Shown in pieces: positions 57,918 to 64,000 of a stretch of DNA of 64,000 nt. Source of the DNA: Candidatus Latescibacterota bacterium (GTDB lineage Bacteria > Latescibacterota > UBA2968 > UBA8231); the NCBI GenBank assembly GCA_965223905.1, contig CBDCXV010000010.1:832001-896000 (forward strand), read 5' to 3'. Each line of letters begins with the position of its first letter. Position 1 is the first letter of the stretch. The notes under the pieces were generated by a model, which was given only the letters and a program-made list of their open reading frames with translations, made no database searches and was not told the DNA's origin. A program made the position numbers and the translations under genes.

Positions 57918-60005
57918 TCACCCCGCGTTTTCCAGGATCGCGACGTAGGCGTCGTAAAGATCCTGGATGTTCTCGACGTAATGCACCGGCTGGCCGCCGC
58001 GGCAGAAGCCGTAGCGCGCCCGCTTGTAGTAGGCCGGTTGCGACAGCAGGCGCATCGCCTCCTCCACCTGGCCGAACCAGCGGTCGGGATTCCACCCCTG
58101 CTCCCGCGCCAGGTGGCGGGCGTCGAGGAGGTGGCCGTAGCCGACGTTGTAGGAGGCCAGGGCGAAGCGGATCCGCTCCTTCACCGGGATCTCGCGGCCG
58201 AAGCGGTCGAGGAGCCGGTGCATGTACTTGGCGCCGGCGTGAATGCTCACCTCCGGATCCTTCAGGTTGCGGAATCCCAGCTGCTCCCCCGTCTTCGGCA
58301 TGATCTGCATCAGTCCCTGGGCTCCGACCCAGCTCACGGCATCCGGATCGAACTTCGATTCCTGGTACATCTGCGCGGTGAGCAGGCGCCAGTCCTGGCC
58401 GTAGCGCACCGCGTATTTCTTCGCCAGCCCGTCGAAGGGGGACAGCTGCCCGCCGAGGTCGACCCGCATGGAGTCCTTGGCGCGGGCGATGGCTCGCGAG
58501 CTCTTGAAGTACCTCTTCTTCATCATGTTGAAGAAGAGGCCGCCCTTCTCCCGTTTCACGTAGTGGTCGAGCGACGCGAGCAGGGCCGGGTTCCCCTTGC
58601 GCACCGCCCAGCCCAGCTCCGTCGACTTGATGCTGAAGGCCGCTTTCAGCCGGCGGCCGTAGGCGAGCTCGACGTCGAGCAGGTTGGAGTCGCACAGGGT
58701 GATGCCGTAGAGGCCCTCCTCGACCCCGGCGAGGATATCCTCGGTCTCCACGTCGTCCGGCAGCGCCACGATTTCCAGGCCCTCCAGTGAATCCTGCAGC
58801 GCCGTCAGGGTCGTGTAGAACGACGAGCTTGCGCGCACGTGGACGGTCCGCCCGGCCAGGTCGCCCAGGCTGGCGATCGAATCGTTGTCCGCCCGCACCA
58901 CCACCAGCTCGTCCACCTCGTTGTAGGGCCGGGTGAAGGCGGCCAGGGCCTGCCTCTCCGGGGTTATGGTCATGGCCGCGGCCACGACGTCCCCCTTGCC
59001 CTCGTTCAGGAAATGCAGCAACTCGGCGTGACTGTCCGGAATGACGATCTCGAGGCGCAGGCGGTGCTCGGTGGCGAACTTCTTCATCAGCTCGTACTCG
59101 AACCCGACCTGCAGGCCGCGGTGGATGAAATAGGTCATCGAGTTGTTGCGCGTGATCATGCGCAGGCGGCCGCGTTCGATCAGCCCGGGCAGGTCGTCGG
59201 TGAACTCCTGCTGGCGCCCGCGCGTGAACTGCCGGGCGTGGAGGAACTCGTCCACCTTCGCCTTGAGCTCGGTGTCGCCGGGCCGCATCATCAGGGCGAT
59301 CGGCCGCTCCATGGCCAGCACCAGCGGCGTCGCCAGACCGTCGTTGTAGCTGGACAGGGCCTGCCACAGGTGCGCGTCAGCCACGGTCGCCTCGTACTTG
59401 CCGCCGGCGACTCCTGCGAGTATTCCCTCGATGTTGAGGGTTTCCTCCACGGTGTCGATGCGCAGGGTGGGAACCTGCTTCTGAAGCTCGACCAGGGTCT
59501 CGTAGTACGAGCTCGACTTGCGCACGCTGACCTCCATGCCGGCGAGGTCGTCGACCGTCTCGGGGAGATCCCCCCCCGACCTCGTGACCAGGTACTCGTC
59601 GACGTGGAGATAGGGGACCGAAAACGCCGTCCGCTTCTGCCGGTCCGGGGTGATGGTCAGGCTGGCGGCGACCACGTCCCCCTCCCCTTCGAGCAGCTTC
59701 CCCATCATTTGCGAGAAATCCCCGACCTCGACCAGCTCGACTTTCAGCTTGAGGGCCTCGGCCAGGTCGCGGGCGATGTCGTAGTCGAGGGTCACCTGCT
59801 CCCCTTGCCGGGGCATGTAGGAGATCGCATCCAGCGGCACGATCACCCGCAGGACGCCGCGCGACCGCAGGTCGGGAAGATCGCCGGTGTATTTCGGAGC
59901 CGCCTCCGGGGTCTGCGGCGCGGGCGGTTCCTGCCCGGGATCGCCGCATTGCGCGAAGAGGCAGAGGGCGGTCAGCGAGGCGGGAAGGAGCAGACTGTTT
60001 CTCAT
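57918..60005 (-). CDS. mltF: MltF-like lytic transglycosylase lipoprotein with two solute-binding domains
   Basis: Two RGxLRxI SBP domains; SLT motifs YQESKF, GAQGLMQ, SYNVGYG. Confidence 0.88.
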   Translation of the reverse strand: MRNSLLLPASLTALCLFAQCGDPGQEPPAPQTPEAAPKYTGDLPDLRSRGVLRVIVPLDAISYMPRQGEQVTLDYDIARDLAEALKLKVELVEVGDFSQMMGKLLEGEGDVVAASLTITPDRQKRTAFSVPYLHVDEYLVTRSGGDLPETVDDLAGMEVSVRKSSSYYETLVELQKQVPTLRIDTVEETLNIEGILAGVAGGKYEATVADAHLWQALSSYNDGLATPLVLAMERPIALMMRPGDTELKAKVDEFLHARQFTRGRQQEFTDDLPGLIERGRLRMITRNNSMTYFIHRGLQVGFEYELMKKFATEHRLRLEIVIPDSHAELLHFLNEGKGDVVAAAMTITPERQALAAFTRPYNEVDELVVVRADNDSIASLGDLAGRTVHVRASSSFYTTLTALQDSLEGLEIVALPDDVETEDILAGVEEGLYGITLCDSNLLDVELAYGRRLKAAFSIKSTELGWAVRKGNPALLASLDHYVKREKGGLFFNMMKKRYFKSSRAIARAKDSMRVDLGGQLSPFDGLAKKYAVRYGQDWRLLTAQMYQESKFDPDAVSWVGAQGLMQIMPKTGEQLGFRNLKDPEVSIHAGAKYMHRLLDRFGREIPVKERIRFALASYNVGYGHLLDARHLAREQGWNPDRWFGQVEEAMRLLSQPAYYKRARYGFCRGGQPVHYVENIQDLYDAYVAILENAG

Positions 60006-60430
60006 TGATATGCCTGTTTCCTGATTTGCCATGGAGTTGTCGCGAAGGTGCGGATGATGATTGGCGCACGGAAAGTGCGGCGCCGGCGCAAGGAGTTGTG
60101 CGGACAGAAAAAGTACGAGCCGGTACCGGGGACACCAAAAAAACGCCCGCTCCCTTCAACGGTACGCGCCGGGGGCAGGTTCCTGCTGACGAACCAGACG
60201 AGGGGGGACTTACCGCAGGATTCATGGTTTCCGCGCCCCGTGAAGGCGGCTGGATTGCCCGAGGGCGGATCGCAGTTTCAGCGGGATATTCCCGCCGACC
60301 GCGAAGCCTGCGCCGGGCAACTCCCAAGACACCTGCCCCGCTTGACCTGACCCCCTCGAAAAGCCCCTTATCAATTCAGCGATATCGGACTTTACGAGAG
60401 TGAACTCCTGCCAGGGAAAGGCACAGGCAC

Positions 60431-61432
60431 ATGATCAAACTGGGTATGATCGGATGTGGCGGCATGGGGGGTGCCCACATGCGGCGGTTTCACACCCTGA
60501 GCGACCGGGTCGCATTGGCCGCGGCCGTCGATGTTGTTCCCGAACGCGCAGAAGCAGTCGCCCAACAGTTTCCGGGAGCCTGCGTGGCGACGGATTATCG
60601 CGAGATCCTGGACTCGGTAGACGCCGTATTGCTCGCGCTGCCCCACGATTTGCACTCTTCCGTAGGATGCGCCTGTCTCAATGCCGGCGTTCACGTCCTG
60701 CTCGAAAAACCCATGGCCAACGATGAAGCCGCCTGCCAGGAACTGATGGCCGCATCTGCAACTTCGGGCAAAGTGCTGATGATCGCGTATTGCATGCGCT
60801 TTCATCCGATTGTCCAGCGTTTGCAGGCATTGTTGGATGAAGGCGCGTACGGCGGTGTATTTCAAGTGTCGATCTGGACCGAGCAACTCACCCGGTATCC
60901 CCCCGATCACTGGGCGTCGAGCAAAGAGCGCCTGGGCGGCGGGCAGTTGTTCAGTCATGGCTGTCACTACATCGATCTGCTCCTCTGGTTTCTGGGGCGA
61001 CCCGTGCGGGGCATGCACATGGGCACCAACTTCGGCACGCCGTGGATGGAGCGCGAAGGCACCAGCAACGTGACCATGGAGTTTGAAGACGGCCGCCTGG
61101 GGTATCACTTCGGCACCTGGGGGGCGCGGGGCACCCGGTTGCGCTACTCCATCCACGCGCATTGCACGGAAGGCCTGCTCGATGCCGACATCTCGGGCGG
61201 CAGACTCGTGCATATCCTGCGCGGTCAAGAGCGAGTCCTGTTCGAAGCAGAGCCGGGCAAACACACGGAAAACGAGATGGCCCATTTCCTCGATTGCATT
61301 GAAACCGGGCAGACGCCGCTTACAGATGGCAGAAGCAGCTTGCAGGGCTTGCGCGTGATCTGGCGGCTGTACGAAGCCGAGCAAGCAGGGCATGTTGCAG
61401 ATTTGACGGGACTGGGTCTGGATGAAGCCTGA
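60431..61432 (+). CDS. Gfo/Idh/MocA family oxidoreductase
   Basis: IGCGGMG, LEKPMA, GGGQLFSHGCHYID. Confidence 0.92.
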   Translation: MIKLGMIGCGGMGGAHMRRFHTLSDRVALAAAVDVVPERAEAVAQQFPGACVATDYREILDSVDAVLLALPHDLHSSVGCACLNAGVHVLLEKPMANDEAACQELMAASATSGKVLMIAYCMRFHPIVQRLQALLDEGAYGGVFQVSIWTEQLTRYPPDHWASSKERLGGGQLFSHGCHYIDLLLWFLGRPVRGMHMGTNFGTPWMEREGTSNVTMEFEDGRLGYHFGTWGARGTRLRYSIHAHCTEGLLDADISGGRLVHILRGQERVLFEAEPGKHTENEMAHFLDCIETGQTPLTDGRSSLQGLRVIWRLYEAEQAGHVADLTGLGLDEA

Positions 61433-61710
61433 CAAGTCCAAAACCGTTGATGGGTGCGAAGGGCGTTACTTTTGCGCATGACTTCACCTCCGCTGTTCAG
61501 GCAAGCGCCACGGCCCGAAGGAGACCGCGGCACGGCGCTTGGAATGCGTGATCGCGGGGATTTTTTTTGGGGCGGGTCGCCGCATCGTCCGCTGCCGGCG
61601 CGTGATCGCCGCCACAAAGATTGCCGTCAGGTCCGGTCATCGAGGTCTGGGACAAGGCGCGCGAACGGGCAGCGCCGGACCGCCAACTGTTCACGGAGAT
61701 TGATCCACCG

Positions 61711-62529
61711 GTGAAGGCCATCTCGGAAAAAGACCATGAGACGTACGCCACGGAAGGAGTCCTCGTTCTGCGGCAAGCCTTTGCGCCAACCCGCATCGAG
61801 GCGCTTCTCGAGGGGATCGAACGGCTGATCGACAAGGGGCTTGCTGGAGACTGCGAGCTGGGCTGGATCGACCGCGACCGCCGACTGCCGGCCCGCACCA
61901 GCCACCTGCTCCACCCCGACAAGTACCACCCCGCCTTCGCCGGCTGGATCGACGAGGATCTCGCCCCCCATCTCGAGACACTGGTCAGCGGCCCGGGGGT
62001 ACGCCACAGCCTGTTCGGCATGCTCGCCGGGGGCGGCGGGCAGCCGTACACCCAGAAATGGCACCGCGACCTGTGCAGGCCGGGGGACGCGGACGAGACC
62101 GCGTTCCTGCGCCGGCACGAGGGCAGCTCCGTGCAGTTCAACGCCCCGCTCGTTCCCGGTGACCGCTTCCTCCATATCGTCCCGGGAAGTCACCGGCGGG
62201 CCTCGACCGCCGCCGAGATCGAGGCTTCCCGCAGCGAGTCGGGGGAGATGCCGAACGCCCACGTCGTCGGCCTGGAGCCGGGGGACATCGCCTACTACAG
62301 CGCCAACCTCTGGCACCGCGGCTGGAACCCGGAGGGGCGCAAGCGCTGGACCCTGCACTGCGCCTTCTGGAGCGCCGGGGCGACGGTGATGCAGCACGAG
62401 CACGGACAGCGCGAGCCGCTGACCCGGCAGGGGCACTTGGAGCGGATGCCCCCCGTGACCCGGAAGTATATTCAGAGATACCTCGACTGCTATCCCGAGG
62501 GGGAGCCGCCCTCGTTGTTCGACCTGTAG
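61711..62529 (+). CDS. PhyH family Fe/2OG dioxygenase
   Basis: WHRD, IVPGSH, LWHRG...R; start estimated at GTG 61711. Confidence 0.85.
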   Translation: MKAISEKDHETYATEGVLVLRQAFAPTRIEALLEGIERLIDKGLAGDCELGWIDRDRRLPARTSHLLHPDKYHPAFAGWIDEDLAPHLETLVSGPGVRHSLFGMLAGGGGQPYTQKWHRDLCRPGDADETAFLRRHEGSSVQFNAPLVPGDRFLHIVPGSHRRASTAAEIEASRSESGEMPNAHVVGLEPGDIAYYSANLWHRGWNPEGRKRWTLHCAFWSAGATVMQHEHGQREPLTRQGHLERMPPVTRKYIQRYLDCYPEGEPPSLFDL

Positions 62530-62565
62530 CCAGAAGGTCTTCCGCTCAGCCCACAAGGAGAACGC

Positions 62566-63234
62566 ATGCACAGCACGGCAGTCTTCGCGAGCACCGATTT
62601 CGAGATCGTCGACCGCGGGCAGGCGACGACGCACGCCCGCTACTTCTCCGGCTTCGCCAGGACCGACCGGCTCGGGCTGTTCGCTCCGGAGGGCTGCGAA
62701 GGGGCGGGAGCTACCCTGCTGATCATGGCCTGCGTCACCGCCTTCTACGACCGCTACCGCGAGGAGGGGGGCGACTTCTTCGCCTACCCCGACTTCTTCT
62801 CGTTTCAACGGCGGCAGCCGGCGGCGGCGTACTCCATGTTCGACATCTGGCCGGGTCACAAGGACGTGCCGGTCCCCGAGGGGGCCAACGAAACCGCTGC
62901 GGCCATCACCGACCGCGGCGTCGGCATCATGCTGCTGCCGGACCGGCCGCCGCGGAGCAACGAGTTTCAGCGGGTGCAGATGGCGAGCCTGGAGCGCAAC
63001 GTCAGGCGCTGCCTCCTGTACTCGGAGGACGGGGAGGTCGAGAAACCGACCCTCGAGGTAGCCACCTCCAAGGCGGAACCGATCCGCGATTGGGCGGCGG
63101 CGATGTTCGACTCGGTGGAAGGGGATGCCGATTGGCAGCGGCGGCGCGAGCGCTTCCTCGACGCCATGCCGGGGGACGGGGCTCGCCAGAGCTTCAGGGA
63201 GATCCCGCTCGAGCAGGCTCTTCCGCTGTTGTAG
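62566..63234 (+). CDS. Hypothetical protein
   Basis: AAGGAG RBS, host-like codon usage. Confidence 0.7.
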   Translation: MHSTAVFASTDFEIVDRGQATTHARYFSGFARTDRLGLFAPEGCEGAGATLLIMACVTAFYDRYREEGGDFFAYPDFFSFQRRQPAAAYSMFDIWPGHKDVPVPEGANETAAAITDRGVGIMLLPDRPPRSNEFQRVQMASLERNVRRCLLYSEDGEVEKPTLEVATSKAEPIRDWAAAMFDSVEGDADWQRRRERFLDAMPGDGARQSFREIPLEQALPLL

Positions 63235-63380
63235 CCGGCGGGAGCTTCTGTCTTAGGAAGCATCGCCGGAACAGGCACCGGATTTCCCGGAGCCGAAGGA
63301 ATGCAGGCTGGCCAGGTGTCAGGCCGGCCCGAGGTAAGGCTGGTGGCGTAGGGAGGACGACGGGACAGCGGGTACGCCCG

Positions 63381-63789
63381 CTACTCCATCTCCAGGGAGG
63401 CCTTGATCCGGCCCCAGGATACCGACTCGACCGCGCTGTCCTCCGGTGCGTCGGCGGACAGCAGGAGCCCATCGAGAAAGACATCCGCTTGAAGCCTGTC
63501 TATGGCTATGTCCGCGTCCTTTCCGTCAGACATGGCTTCTGGTATCCAGTACAACTGCCCCTCCTCTTCAAGATCACAGTCAATCACCCTGATCCCAAAG
63601 CCGATCACTTTTCCCGCCTCCAGATCGCTGACCTCGTTATCTTCGGCGCTATCCCATCCTCCGCCCCATTGGTCGAACGGGGTGACGTACAGCTCGATCA
63701 CGCTGATGGTCGGGGTTTCTCCGGCAACGCCACCGCCTCCCTCCCCGTAAGGAGGCAGGGCATTCCAAGCGAACTTTTCCGTAGTCACC
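63381..63789 (-). pseudogene. C-terminal part of a CBM9/DOMON-like secreted protein with SAVESVSWGRIKASLEME tag, truncated by IS630
   Basis: IELYVTPFD, LEAGKVIGF; the 5' end abuts the IS terminus. Confidence 0.75.
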
Positions 63790-64000
63790 CTAGTGTCCTG
63801 TCTCAGATATAGCTAATCATAATTCGAGCTCTGTGATCAGACTCGAAAGCAATTAGAATCCATAGTCTCAGCGGCGATTCGATGCGGTTCCTTCGCCAAA
63901 GTGAAGGAATTGGTTCGTCGAATTGAGCGACTTGCAGACCACTGGGACCAAAACGCTCGCTCCTTTGTCTGGAGGCCACCGCAGATCCGGGTAAAGATCA
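63790..64000 (+). mobile_element. Internally deleted IS630-family element, partial
   Basis: Starts CTAGTGTCCTGTCTCAGA (IS630-like end); from about 63871 reads AIRCGSFAKVKELVRRIERLADHWDQNARSFVW, resembling an IS630 transposase C-terminus. Confidence 0.65.

Noticed and set aside
60181-60225. CTGACGA in a hairpin, possible hammerhead ribozyme
   Set aside because: No stem II followed by GAAA in the right register
60342-60375. Promoter at TTGACC upstream of 60431
   Set aside because: No good -10 box at 16-18 bp spacing

Overview
High-GC bacterial chromosomal segment. The gene content suggests an FCB-superphylum bacterium such as a Latescibacterota/Gemmatimonadota relative, possibly a marine or sponge symbiont; this is inference. 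That content includes expanded uxuA-like dehydratases, Gfo/Idh/MocA oxidoreductases, Fe/2OG dioxygenases, CBM9-like proteins, secreted ankyrin and WD40 proteins, and FlgD/T9SS-like C-terminal domains. Four things stand out. (1) An 11-kb cell-envelope operon (7.1-18.2 kb) encodes a secreted CBM9-like protein, two lipoproteins, three paralogous discoidin-like proteins with 'PNPFTPNGDGxND' C-terminal domains and an 849-aa probable outer-membrane protein; it looks like an uncharacterised surface machine. (2) A short C-terminal tag, [TS]AVExx[ST]Wxx[IV]K, is shared by unrelated exported proteins and is a candidate sorting signal. (3) Integrase-free defence/TA cassettes include a RelA/SpoT-domain protein, an ATPase-TOPRIM-DUF262 triplet, AbiEi/AbiEii-WYL, HicAB and a PD-(D/E)XK nuclease; two of them sit between duplicated pieces of host genes. 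(4) An intact IS5 element interrupts a WD40 gene, an IS630 remnant truncates a CBM9-like gene, and several genes carry single-base frameshifts. No rRNA, tRNA or CRISPR array was recognised. All calls come from motif reading by eye; no database searches were run.
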